Below, piece after piece: positions 20,703 through 30,446 of a DNA stretch of 64,000 nt. The position numbers were made by a program, and so were the translations under genes. Source of the DNA: an uncultured delta proteobacterium (GTDB lineage Bacteria > Desulfobacterota > Desulfobacteria > Desulfobacterales > QNYZ01); assembly GCA_963845145.1 (NCBI GenBank), contig CAWJQU010000008.1, forward strand, positions 320,001 through 384,000, in the 5' to 3' direction. Positions within the stretch are counted from its first letter, which is position 1. Each line of letters starts with the position of its first letter. A model generated the notes under the pieces. That model did no database searches and had not been told where the DNA came from. It was given only the letters and a program-made list of their open reading frames with translations.

Positions 20703-21890
20703 TCAAGCATCACGCTTGGTCAACCGGGCTTTGTGGATGCTGCCTTTACCAAATTTGGCGGTAATGGTATCGACGGTGTGGTCGACTTGTTCCCAGGCAC
20801 AAGCTTCATCTGCGGACTCACCGAATAACCCCATCTGCACCGGCGCAGATTTTGAGGATAAAGACGAAACCCCTACCCCTATCAAGCGTACCGGCCTCGT
20901 CAAGCGGTATCGTTTCAATAATCGAACGGCCTGGCGATAAATGATTTCAGATGATTGGATGCTTCGTTCCACGGTTCGGCTTCGGGTAACCAGCTTAAAA
21001 TCGTGATGCTTGATTTTAAGTGTCACAGTCCTTGCCCTCATATTGTTTTTCCGTAATTGGCGCCCAACATCCTCCGCCTGGCGCATCAGGTGGGTTTTTA
21101 GCTCTTCGGTGTCCTGTGTATCTTCTGCCAGGGTCTCTTCCGTACTGATGGACTTAACGCGTATGTGGGATTTCACCGGTGTCTCGTCAACCCCCTCGGA
21201 AAGTTGGATCAACCGGTATCCGAATTTCCCGAGCCGTTTTATCAGCGTGGCTTCACCGTATTTGGCGATATCACTCAAAGTACCAACACCCATTTTTTTT
21301 AAAACGCCATGGGCCTGCTTGCCGACGCCAGGGACTTTTTGAATCGGTAATTTCTTTATAAACCCTGCTACCTCCTCAGGTTTAATGACAACCAGCCCGT
21401 CGGGTTTGCCCATATCCGAAGCGATTTTTGCCAAAAACTTATTTGGGGCAATACCAATGGAGCTGGTCAAACCAACCTCTTTTTTAATGCGGCCCTTTAA
21501 ATTTTGGGCCATTTCCCGGGGCTGCCCATGAAGTCGTTCGCAGCCGGTGATATCGGCAAAGGCCTCATCGATGGAGACCTGCTCAACTAGGGGTGACACG
21601 GATTTAATAATGGCCATAATCTGGCGGGAGAGTTCGCCATACCTTTTGCGTCGGGGCTTTACCACCACTAGATCCACACATCGCTGTCGGGCCTGAAACA
21701 TCGGCATGGCCGAATAGATACCATGCCGACGCGCTTCATAGCTGGCTGCGGCCACAACGCCCCGTTTGGAATGCCCGCCAACGACCAGGCATTCGCCTGC
21801 AAGCTCCGGGTTGTCCAGCACTTCCACGGCCGCAAAAAAAGCATCCATATCCAGATGCATGATGGCGCGGGGCTTTGTCTTTTTTTTCAT
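20703..21890 (-). CDS. dinB: DNA polymerase IV
   Basis: HLDMDAFFAAVE, ASYEAR, SIDEAF, NKFLAKIASD..KPDG. Confidence 0.96.
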   Translation of the reverse strand: MKKKTKPRAIMHLDMDAFFAAVEVLDNPELAGECLVVGGHSKRGVVAAASYEARRHGIYSAMPMFQARQRCVDLVVVKPRRKRYGELSRQIMAIIKSVSPLVEQVSIDEAFADITGCERLHGQPREMAQNLKGRIKKEVGLTSSIGIAPNKFLAKIASDMGKPDGLVVIKPEEVAGFIKKLPIQKVPGVGKQAHGVLKKMGVGTLSDIAKYGEATLIKRLGKFGYRLIQLSEGVDETPVKSHIRVKSISTEETLAEDTQDTEELKTHLMRQAEDVGRQLRKNNMRARTVTLKIKHHDFKLVTRSRTVERSIQSSEIIYRQAVRLLKRYRLTRPVRLIGVGVSSLSSKSAPVQMGLFGESADEACAWEQVDHTVDTITAKFGKGSIHKARLTKRDA

Positions 21891-22083
21891 TTAGTCGTAA
21901 GATAATGATGTTATCGGTAAGTATCCTTGCTCAATTTGCCAGACATGGGCCGACATTTCAATGGCCATTCAAAATTCACTCGTTTCATCCATTTGACCCA
22001 TGTTCATCCGTTTGATAGTAATAGCCACTTAGATACCGAAAAATCGTAAGTGTCAGGCCTCATTTCCGACAAGGAGCTAATAT

Positions 22084-23844
22084 ATGACATCAGATCATAC
22101 AAATAGAAAACATTTCATCAATGAAGGCATCGAAAACGTTCGCAAACAAGGCAGCCGGATTATCGCCGAAGGTCACCATATGCTACCTGCCGCATCTTTG
22201 CTTAAAGCAGCCGGGGTGATTCGCCATTTAGATGACCTGTCCAAACCATTTGTTACAGTTGTGAATTCATATACAACGCAAATCCCCGGACACGCCCATC
22301 TCAATATCCTGGGCGAGGCAGTGGCCGACACGTTAAGACAACTTGGTTTCAATGTGTGGTATGCCAATATCGGCGCAGCGATTTGCGACGGCATCGCCAT
22401 GGGGCATTTTGGCATGAAATACTCCCTGCCCTCCCGCGAGTTGATTACCGACCAGATCGAATCCCTCATCACCGCCCATCCGTGTGATGGATGGATCGGT
22501 ATCGGCAACTGCGATAAAATCGTGCCGGCCATGTACAATGCCATGGTTCGCATGAATTTACCGGCAGTTTATGTCTCCGGCGGCCCGATGCTGGCGGGAA
22601 GCAAGGGCGGCGACCTGATCACTGTTTTCGAGGGAGTGGGACAGCATGCCGGTGGAAAAATCAGTACAACACAACTGGAAGACCTGGCTGAAAATAGTTG
22701 CCCGGGGTGCGGATGTTGCGCGGGTATGTTTACCGCTAACTCCATGAATTGCTTAGGCGAAGTCGTCGGCCTGGCGCTACCGGGGAATGGTACCATTACC
22801 GCCCAGGTGTGGGAGGACGAACAAAAAACGACCCTTAAACTCAATCCCGAGCGCCTCGACCTGTGCCGACGGGCGGCAAAAACGCTAGAGACATGCATTG
22901 AGAATGATATTCGTCCCCTGGACATCATTACGCCGGCAGCCATTGATAACGCCTTTGCCCTCGATATGGCCATGGGCGGCAGCACCAATACAATTCTGCA
23001 TACCCTGGCTTTAGCCGCCGAAGCAGGAATCGACTACGACTTGAAACGGATTAACACCATCTCTGAAAAAATACCCTGTATATGCAAAGTATCGCCTTCC
23101 CGCCCGACGGTTCATATCGAAGATGTCCATCGTGCAGGCGGGATTGCGTCTATTTTCAAAGAGATTTCGAAACAGGCGACAGGCATACTCACACCTGCAT
23201 CAAAAACCGTTTACGGAACCCTTGAAAACATGCTCCATACAGCGCCCCCACCGGATGGTGAGGTGATTCGCACCTCGGACAAGGCGTTTTCAACCGATGG
23301 CGGGCTGGCGATTCTTTTTGGTAATATAGCACCCTGCGGGGCGGTGGTGAAAGTCGCCGGAGTGGCCGAAGAGATGATGACCTTCGAAGGTCCTGCTGTG
23401 ATTTATGAATCCCAGGAAGACGCACTGGAAGGAATTCTGGCTGGAAAAGTCAAAGATGGCGATATCGTGGTCATTCGCTATGAAGGCCCCAGAGGCGGAC
23501 CGGGCATGCAAGAGATGCTATCGCCCACCGCCGCTATCCAAGGAGCCGGGATTCGCGCCGCCCTGATTACGGATGGTCGTTTCAGCGGCGGTACCAGGGG
23601 CCTTTGTGTCGGGCATTTATCGCCCGAAGCCGCTGCCGCGGGCCCCATTGCAATTATTGAACCGGGAGATAGAATCCGCATCGACGCCAAGCAACGGTCG
23701 ATCGATGTCCTTATTCATGCAGATGAAATTAAAAAACGGCTCGCCAGCCTGAAACCATTTAAATCAAAAGTTCATAGGGGATGGTTGGCGCGCTATGCCC
23801 AGCATGTTAATTCCGCCGACAAAGGGGCGACCATGGACATGTAG
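22084..23844 (+). CDS. ilvD: dihydroxy-acid dehydratase
   Basis: PGHAHL, CDGIAMGH, NCDK, FTANSM, GGSTN, GPGMQEM, TDGRFSG. Confidence 0.95.
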   Translation: MTSDHTNRKHFINEGIENVRKQGSRIIAEGHHMLPAASLLKAAGVIRHLDDLSKPFVTVVNSYTTQIPGHAHLNILGEAVADTLRQLGFNVWYANIGAAICDGIAMGHFGMKYSLPSRELITDQIESLITAHPCDGWIGIGNCDKIVPAMYNAMVRMNLPAVYVSGGPMLAGSKGGDLITVFEGVGQHAGGKISTTQLEDLAENSCPGCGCCAGMFTANSMNCLGEVVGLALPGNGTITAQVWEDEQKTTLKLNPERLDLCRRAAKTLETCIENDIRPLDIITPAAIDNAFALDMAMGGSTNTILHTLALAAEAGIDYDLKRINTISEKIPCICKVSPSRPTVHIEDVHRAGGIASIFKEISKQATGILTPASKTVYGTLENMLHTAPPPDGEVIRTSDKAFSTDGGLAILFGNIAPCGAVVKVAGVAEEMMTFEGPAVIYESQEDALEGILAGKVKDGDIVVIRYEGPRGGPGMQEMLSPTAAIQGAGIRAALITDGRFSGGTRGLCVGHLSPEAAAAGPIAIIEPGDRIRIDAKQRSIDVLIHADEIKKRLASLKPFKSKVHRGWLARYAQHVNSADKGATMDM

Positions 23845-23905
23845 CTCCGGCAATCGCACACCAACAGATTTGCAACTGAAAAACGGGTACACGTATATGA
23901 AAGGT

Positions 23906-24808
23906 TTAAAAACCCATTTCCATTCTATATTGGTTCCAGAGTCTGTCTCCGCCTTCTTTTAGGTTGACGGTTCCGGCATTCATAATGACATTCTGTCCCT
24001 CTTCGCTCAGAGCAAACTCAATAAACTTTTTTGCCAAACCTGTCGGTTCCGTTTTGGTAAAAAGATATAGCGGACGATAAAAGGCCGGATATTTGCCAGC
24101 CATGATATTTTCCTTTGAGGGGTAAATGCCTTCCAGTTTCAGCATTTTTACTTTCCGCCGCTTGGCACTGGATACACCGCTAAGGCCAATGGCCCAGCGC
24201 CCTGTCTCTTTTTCGATAGCCGATTCCAGGGGGCCCGAAGATTTATAGCGTTTTTTTGCGGCAAACTCCTGATCTTTATCGAAAAAAATAAGCATCCGGG
24301 CCATATGGCCAACCCCGGATAGTTTACCCTCACGGGCATAGAATTTTATGGGTTGGCCGATCGGTCCCCCCAAATCACCCCAATCGGTGATTTCTCCTAG
24401 TACCACCGCTTTGAGTTGGTCAAAAGTAATGGAATCAACAGGATTATTCTTGTGCACCAGCGCGACAATGGCATCCCAACCGACATGGTGCCTCTTGACC
24501 CCCTTTTCTTCTTTAAAATCAAGTTCGGGACGACAGCTTCCGCCCACATCGGTAATGCCGGCCGCCGCATTTCTAATCCCCAACATGGCTCCGCCGCCCT
24601 GGATATCCACCGCGATGCCGGTTTTTTTAGTAAAAGCCTCCGCCATCTCATCCATGAAAGCCTTTTTTACAATCCCACATCCTGAATATTTTAATGTCTC
24701 GGCGGACAGAGAAGAAAATTCGGATGAAGCCAATACAGCGGCACAAGCCAGCAGAAACCAGAGGATAACAGAAGTACAGCTCGTTTGACATGGTTTGTTT
24801 ACAAACAT
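23906..24808 (-). CDS. orphan PstS-like periplasmic binding protein
   Basis: Signal peptide; IQGGGA..GI, DAIVALVHKNNPVDSIT..QL..GEITDW, YP..RPLYL..KFIEFALSEEGQ; start ATG 24808 after GGAG. Confidence 0.8.
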   Translation of the reverse strand: MFVNKPCQTSCTSVILWFLLACAAVLASSEFSSLSAETLKYSGCGIVKKAFMDEMAEAFTKKTGIAVDIQGGGAMLGIRNAAAGITDVGGSCRPELDFKEEKGVKRHHVGWDAIVALVHKNNPVDSITFDQLKAVVLGEITDWGDLGGPIGQPIKFYAREGKLSGVGHMARMLIFFDKDQEFAAKKRYKSSGPLESAIEKETGRWAIGLSGVSSAKRRKVKMLKLEGIYPSKENIMAGKYPAFYRPLYLFTKTEPTGLAKKFIEFALSEEGQNVIMNAGTVNLKEGGDRLWNQYRMEMGF

Positions 24809-24836
24809 GTTTTTATCTCCTGCATCAAAAGCGCGG

Positions 24837-26024
24837 TTACATTCGCTTTCGCAATCTCTCAATGGACAAACGAATGCTGTTTTGCATTCGGCCAATTGCC
24901 TCACCCAGTGTGCCTATCTCATCTTTTGTATCAATTTTAATTTCAGCATCCATTTCACCGACACTGATTCGCTCCGCCAGGTCGGTCAGGTTCTTAATTC
25001 TGTTGGTGATCCGATGTGCATAAAAGAAAACGATAACAGCCATTAATAAAAGAATAGTGCCGAGTGCCGCCAACGTAAAGTTCCGAGTCGCTCGAGTAAT
25101 CTTATCGGCCTTTCTTTCGACTTTCCGAATGGGTTGCGTAAATTCATCCATGTAAACAGTGGCGGTAACACCATAATCCGTCCCTTCGATGGGGGTGAGC
25201 ATCATAAATTTTTCCCTTAAGGCGCCATCCGGATCCGGCCAAAGGTAGTAACCGAAACTTTCAACCATGTTTCCTTTATCGACCTCCTCGGCTATCTTGT
25301 AAAACCGGTTATAATCATCGCCCAGGGGTGTTTTAACGATCGGCAGGAGTGGCTTTCCCACGATTCTACGATTTGGATGGGCCCAGGTCGTAAACGGGGC
25401 TCCGGAGTAGATCGCTGCATAACCGGTCAAACCAACACGTTGCGTGGCAATTTTTGAAAAAACGGGATCGTCCATAAACTTTTCCCGAGTCATTTCGGGA
25501 TGCTCCGCCAAATATTGTTTACACTGGACTGCCACCATCCGGGAAATATCTTTAATTTTGTTCTCGCCCAATTTTTTAACGACCGCGGCGGATTCACTAG
25601 TCAGCGTATTCGCAAACCTGTCCATCTGAACCAAGTAATAAAGCCCGGCAATAGCGAACAGAAAAACCGGTACGAATAGAAACAAAAACATCATTTTTGT
25701 TCTAAGACTCATACCCGTTTGCGAGGAAGTATCGGCGGCTGAAGCTATACTATTCTCACCCATTTCCGGATCCGCTGTTTTCGGAGCAGAAAAATCATCT
25801 ACACTACCGACCTGACCCATATCATTTATATCATCAGTCCCCTCGGAAAGCAGAACCGATTGAAAATCCGACGCCACCTCTTCTGATCGGTTCTCCGGAG
25901 CGACATCTGCTTTGGAGATCGTGATAACATGCGAGCATTCGCGACATTGAAACCTGGCCTTATCTGCTTTTAATGTGCCCTTGGTCTGGTATTTTTTTCC
26001 ACATTCTTCGCAAATGAGAATCAT
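24837..26024 (-). CDS. membrane receptor: Zn-ribbon, TM, Cache-like periplasmic domain, TM, HAMP; no output domain
   Basis: CEECG..CREC; two TM helices; VGLTGYAAIY..HPN Cache motif; HAMP (RIKNLTDLAERISVGE..DEIGTLGEAIGRM) then stop. Confidence 0.8.
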   Translation of the reverse strand: MILICEECGKKYQTKGTLKADKARFQCRECSHVITISKADVAPENRSEEVASDFQSVLLSEGTDDINDMGQVGSVDDFSAPKTADPEMGENSIASAADTSSQTGMSLRTKMMFLFLFVPVFLFAIAGLYYLVQMDRFANTLTSESAAVVKKLGENKIKDISRMVAVQCKQYLAEHPEMTREKFMDDPVFSKIATQRVGLTGYAAIYSGAPFTTWAHPNRRIVGKPLLPIVKTPLGDDYNRFYKIAEEVDKGNMVESFGYYLWPDPDGALREKFMMLTPIEGTDYGVTATVYMDEFTQPIRKVERKADKITRATRNFTLAALGTILLLMAVIVFFYAHRITNRIKNLTDLAERISVGEMDAEIKIDTKDEIGTLGEAIGRMQNSIRLSIERLRKRM

Positions 26025-26066
26025 GATTTTGCTCCTTGGATGTCAATGACATTCTAATTTTTTTGA

Positions 26067-26907
26067 TTAATTTCCCAGCACCATTTTACGTACATTCTTT
26101 AACGCACCCGCATCCGGTTCTACAAACTTCTTTAACTTTGCAGCCTTCAAAACGCTACCATCTTCAGGCAGGTTGAGCAGGGTATTTTGAATACGAGATG
26201 CCACCTTGGCGGGAACGCTCTCGTGAATGGCAAAAACCCAGTTAGGAAGCCAACTTGTTTCTGCCTAGTACCTTTATTTTATCCGGTTCAATCGCCTTAT
26301 CCACACGATGTAACGCCGATTCCCGGATAAATCCCACTTCTGATTTCTTTGAATAGACATTTAAAATTACATTTTCCTGCTTATTATTTTCTGCTTCATG
26401 AGTAACCATGTCCGTTTCAACATTAATCCCGTTTTTAGAAAGGAAATCTTTTTGCGAAATATATCCACCGGCCGATTGTAAAGAGACAACCGAGACGCTT
26501 TTTCCCTTTAAATCCGAAAGTTGCTTAATATTGCCGTCTGACCGCACGATGATGATACCTCTAAACCGCGTACCGTGCTCACCTTTGCTGGCAACGGCCA
26601 GCGGTTTAACCTGACCTGATACTTTGGCAAAAACCACCGGATTTTGATAGCTTAAAAGTGCTTTTCCCTTTTTAACCATATCAATATGATTTTCAAAATT
26701 CTGAGGCATGACGAATTCCACCTCAAGGCCCGTTTCTTCGGAGATATACTCAGCCAAAGGCCCAAATCGCTCGAGAATCACGATCGGAAAAAACCGGGGC
26801 AATACGGCAAACGTATATGTCGTTTCAGCCGTACAAGTCGATTCTACAAGAAAAGTCGATAAAATCAACGCTATGCCGATAACGGCATGAGTCCATTTTT
26901 TCCTCAT
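26067..26907 (-). CDS. orphan PhnD/phosphonate-type periplasmic binding protein, +1 frameshift near 26265
   Basis: FAVLP..FGPLAEYISEETG, FRGIIIVRSD..LSDLKGK..SAGGY; continues in another frame (ETSWLPNWVFA..) to TAA at 26067. Confidence 0.8.
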
Positions 26908-27010
26908 CGGTATGCTCCAAAAAAGAGGATTATCAGAACTATAAGAGTTCCGGTTCCAGGCACAGTATCGATCCGTTTATCAAAAACCAGAGGAGTATAT
27001 GGCCTATTGG

Positions 27011-28486
27011 TCAAGCCACATCTTCTGACTCGATTTCTACAAAATAATACCCTTTGTCTTTACCTTCCCCGATTCGAGTGACATTTTTAACCAAAGACTT
27101 GGTTCGCAGCATCGCCCATCCGGCATAAAAAATCATGTCATTGAGCATGTCCCCGGCTTTCACTTTGTTAATCCGTTTATATTCTTCAGATGAGACTAAA
27201 ATTCCAAACCCACTATCAGTGGAATCTTTTAATCGAACCAACAACGATTCTTGTTTATCGCCTGCTTCTTTTAAGACCACTTCAGCGGAAATCAATTGCG
27301 GCCTGATGGGCACTTTTTTCTCCCTGCTCCATCCGCTTTTCCGCTCAAGCATGTCAACAATATCCATAACGACATTCTCGTCTTCATTTACAGCTCGACT
27401 ATCCGACGCCGTCTTCTCTACATCTGCGCCTACTTTAAAAAAATGTTCGGTAAGTAACTCGATATCCTCCTGTAAGGCTATACAAAAATCGATATCGTCG
27501 TGGGCGAGCATCCGCTTTACCTGTTCAGTTTTATACGTGTCATCCGGATTATCCACGACGACTTTATATGTGCTAGGCCCCATTTCCAAGGGGACCCATC
27601 CCTGGCATAGCAATACATCTTTTTGTAATTTTGAAACAAGCCGGTGAGGGGGATTAAGTTCAGGGTCAAATTCAATTGACGGGTATTTATGATAGTCGGA
27701 TAGGGCCTTTAGCAATCTATCTTTGTCGATATGATTGCTTTTGACAAGGGAATAAAATAAGCTGCATTCTTTAACAAATGAGATATTTAAGGCTTCAATT
27801 AACTGCTCCTTTGTTAATTTTGTACGGCGAAGCAGGTAACCGGTCACGGGCTCAGACATGAATTGGTCGATAATCATGTCATACATCTTCTCTACTTTTT
27901 CATTCTCGGGATCCAATCCTTTGGCTTTTTCCAGCAAGCCGATGGCAGCGGAATACTGGCCTTGCTTACCAATTTCGGCACCAAAAAAAGCGGATATTTC
28001 AGCCAGTTCATTGGGTTGCAAATTAAACTTATCAATTACTTTTGACAATTCGCGACCCATATACCCGTAAGGACAAAAAGTTTTTAAAAATTCAATAATC
28101 GGTGGTATGATTGAATCGAAAGAATACCCAATGCTAAATAACATCGCATATTCATCCGCAGCTTCTTCATACAATCCTTTCTCAAGAAATACGGAGGCGC
28201 GATCAAGAATAGGCGCAATATCTTTGTTCTCGGTTGCCTGATTTTTAATGTCGCCCAAGGCTTCACGAGTCAATTCTTTATTGCCATCATCCTCCAATGA
28301 ATCGTCGGCAACTATTTTTCGCAACCGCACAATGTGATCGTTAATTTCATCGGTCAGTTTTGAATCGGTAGTGTCTTGTTCAGATAGAACTTTCTCATAG
28401 GCGGCTAAAGCCTCGGCATATAACCCCATCTCCTCGTAAACTTTAGCTTCGGAAAGTTCAGCTTGAATATCGCTGTTTGCGGCCAT
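27011..28486 (-). CDS. TPR repeats + degenerate MshEN/GspE-PilB N-terminal domain + PilZ-like C-terminal domain
   Basis: TPR-like EAKVYEEMGLYAEALAAYEKVL; LTKEQLIEAL..IDKDRLLKALS..WVPL..VVVDNP; LKDSTDSGFGILV. Confidence 0.6.
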   Translation of the reverse strand: MAANSDIQAELSEAKVYEEMGLYAEALAAYEKVLSEQDTTDSKLTDEINDHIVRLRKIVADDSLEDDGNKELTREALGDIKNQATENKDIAPILDRASVFLEKGLYEEAADEYAMLFSIGYSFDSIIPPIIEFLKTFCPYGYMGRELSKVIDKFNLQPNELAEISAFFGAEIGKQGQYSAAIGLLEKAKGLDPENEKVEKMYDMIIDQFMSEPVTGYLLRRTKLTKEQLIEALNISFVKECSLFYSLVKSNHIDKDRLLKALSDYHKYPSIEFDPELNPPHRLVSKLQKDVLLCQGWVPLEMGPSTYKVVVDNPDDTYKTEQVKRMLAHDDIDFCIALQEDIELLTEHFFKVGADVEKTASDSRAVNEDENVVMDIVDMLERKSGWSREKKVPIRPQLISAEVVLKEAGDKQESLLVRLKDSTDSGFGILVSSEEYKRINKVKAGDMLNDMIFYAGWAMLRTKSLVKNVTRIGEGKDKGYYFVEIESEDVA

Positions 28487-28493
28487 TATTTAA

Positions 28494-28904
28494 TCATCCA
28501 TTAATTACTTTAGATAAAACCTGGCTCAACTCTTTCAATTGAATCGGCTTTGTCAAATAGGCCCTGATCTGTTTCATAAGCTTCGGTTCAATCCCGTCGT
28601 AACCGCTCGGATCATAACCAGACAATAATACAACCTTTGCCTTTGGGTCTATACTAAGAATATGTCGCGCTGCATCGACACCATTCATACGCGGCATGTT
28701 GCGATCCATAAGGACGGCATCCGGTCGATCGCGCCGATATGTGTCGACGGCCGCCTGGCCATCTTCGGCAGTAAGCATTCGATAGCCAATCATCGACAGA
28801 AGATCAACGATGGCAGGAAGTAATGCTTTATCATCATCCACAGCAAGTATGGTTTCGCCATGTCCGAGCATGATTCGCTCCGTAGATGAATTGGTAGAAT
28901 ACAT
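28494..28904 (-). CDS. single-domain response regulator (CheY-like)
   Basis: VDDD, LMDRNMPRMNG, LSG, TKP. Confidence 0.92.
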   Translation of the reverse strand: MYSTNSSTERIMLGHGETILAVDDDKALLPAIVDLLSMIGYRMLTAEDGQAAVDTYRRDRPDAVLMDRNMPRMNGVDAARHILSIDPKAKVVLLSGYDPSGYDGIEPKLMKQIRAYLTKPIQLKELSQVLSKVING

Positions 28905-28921
28905 AGTTTTCCCCCACGTCT

Positions 28922-29278
28922 TTATTTGAATAGACGACTAATCCCTCGTTTGGTTTGTTTTTTAAGGCCCATTTTTGGGGCAATGATATCGCATTGCAAC
29001 CGGATCATGGCGGCAGATGCGTCCGGTGCCATGACCACCCAAAAATACCCAACTGGACATCTGCGAATATAAATACGATAGCGTTCAAAAAGAAGGTCTA
29101 CTTCCCTGGCCCCATCCAGAAGTAAAAACGGTATTTCCAAGTCCGTCTCATTGATATTGTTCCGACCCAGGTTGGTCAAATCCTGAAATAAGATATTTCT
29201 TTCAGGGGAAACGACCAAAATACCTAGAACGCCATTAATCCCAAAAAGATCATCGAATGATGTATTAGTTAAATTCAA
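28922..29278 (-). CDS. divergent roadblock/LC7-like protein
   Basis: INGVLGILVVSPE N-terminus, IYIRR..FWVVM beta hairpin and AMIRLQCD C-terminal helix match the roadblock pattern. Confidence 0.55.
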   Translation of the reverse strand: MNLTNTSFDDLFGINGVLGILVVSPERNILFQDLTNLGRNNINETDLEIPFLLLDGAREVDLLFERYRIYIRRCPVGYFWVVMAPDASAAMIRLQCDIIAPKMGLKKQTKRGISRLFK

Positions 29279-29318
29279 TCTGGTTTAAAACCTTCTGCTT
29301 TAATGTTTCAATTAAAAA

Positions 29319-30446
29319 TTAGGCAATTCGGCTAACCACTCGAAATATACGGTCTCTCGGACATGTGTGGTTGACTTTTAATATGGCTGAAGGAGATCCG
29401 GGCAGGAATAAATTCGAACGGTCATCCTTCTTTCGTATATATCCACATTTAAAGCCGTCCGCGTTAAAAAGATCGCCGGTTTTTATTGACAAGGACACCG
29501 TATTTTCCCATCCTGGATCACTTTCTATACGCTGCCAGCCAAACCCCTTCCCAATTTCGTTCACGATTCGCTTTAAAATAAGGTCTGCATTTTGATTATC
29601 CGAACCAAGTGTCGCCGCCTTTGTTGGGGGAGTGAGGGTCTTGGATAACGCAGCAGGTGCCTGATCCTGTGCAACTATTGTATCTGCTATCGGCTCTTCC
29701 GGTGTATCCATAAAATCTACAGGGCTATCTTCGGCCCCTTCGTCCTTTTGGCGCATGGCCTCAAGCAGCATCGCCTGCAACCCGGTATTAATATTAGATT
29801 CAATTAAATCCGGGCAGCTATTTTGAATACGAAGGTGGGCTTGTTCTAGTAACAATATCTGCACAAGTGCTTTTTCACCAGTATCATCAGAATACCGGGC
29901 ATCAAGAAGTGTTCCCCGCTTGAAAAAGACAACGCCTTGGGTATGATTGTCTTCGCTAAACACGCGAATAGTGCAGGTCATCTCTTCCATTTCGGCCAAT
30001 TGCATAAAGACTCCGACGGAAATGCCTTTGATTATACCGCCATCAGATTCCTTTTGTAGAAGCGTTAGAATTTTCTTACCGATCTCATCAACGCTGAAAG
30101 GCTTGTTGACGAATGCGACGGCTCCGCTTTTCCGGGATAGCCACTCCAGCTCATCCTGGCCATAAGCGGATATAATGATTACCGGTATGTCAGGAAATTG
30201 GTTGGTCATATTTGACAGTAAGGCTAAACCGTTCATCTTAGGCATTTTGACATCGGAAACGACTACGGATATTGGCTTTACTTTGAGAACAGCTAAAGCC
30301 TGTTCACCATCGTTAGCCAATACCGTCGTAAATAGTTGACTGTATTTATCCAGCCCGGCTTTCAGTGACTCAAGCAACTCATTGTTATTATCGACGATCA
30401 GAACCTGCTTGACACCGCTTTGTATAAACTCTTCTTTAGGTACCAT
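29319..30446 (-). CDS. response regulator with PatA-N/DUF4388 domain
   Basis: Receiver (IVDN, SDVKMPKMNG, SAYG, NKPF) then GIIKGISVGVFMQL..GVVFFKRGTLLDA..LLEAMRQKDE. Confidence 0.85.
   Translation of the reverse strand: MVPKEEFIQSGVKQVLIVDNNNELLESLKAGLDKYSQLFTTVLANDGEQALAVLKVKPISVVVSDVKMPKMNGLALLSNMTNQFPDIPVIIISAYGQDELEWLSRKSGAVAFVNKPFSVDEIGKKILTLLQKESDGGIIKGISVGVFMQLAEMEEMTCTIRVFSEDNHTQGVVFFKRGTLLDARYSDDTGEKALVQILLLEQAHLRIQNSCPDLIESNINTGLQAMLLEAMRQKDEGAEDSPVDFMDTPEEPIADTIVAQDQAPAALSKTLTPPTKAATLGSDNQNADLILKRIVNEIGKGFGWQRIESDPGWENTVSLSIKTGDLFNADGFKCGYIRKKDDRSNLFLPGSPSAILKVNHTCPRDRIFRVVSRIA

Noticed and set aside
24809..24904. Longer start of the PstS-like ORF
   Set aside because: Overlaps the HAMP gene; ATG 24808 has an RBS and is followed by a signal peptide
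23906..26907. Phosphate or phosphonate ABC transporter operon
   Set aside because: No permease, ATPase or PhoU gene nearby
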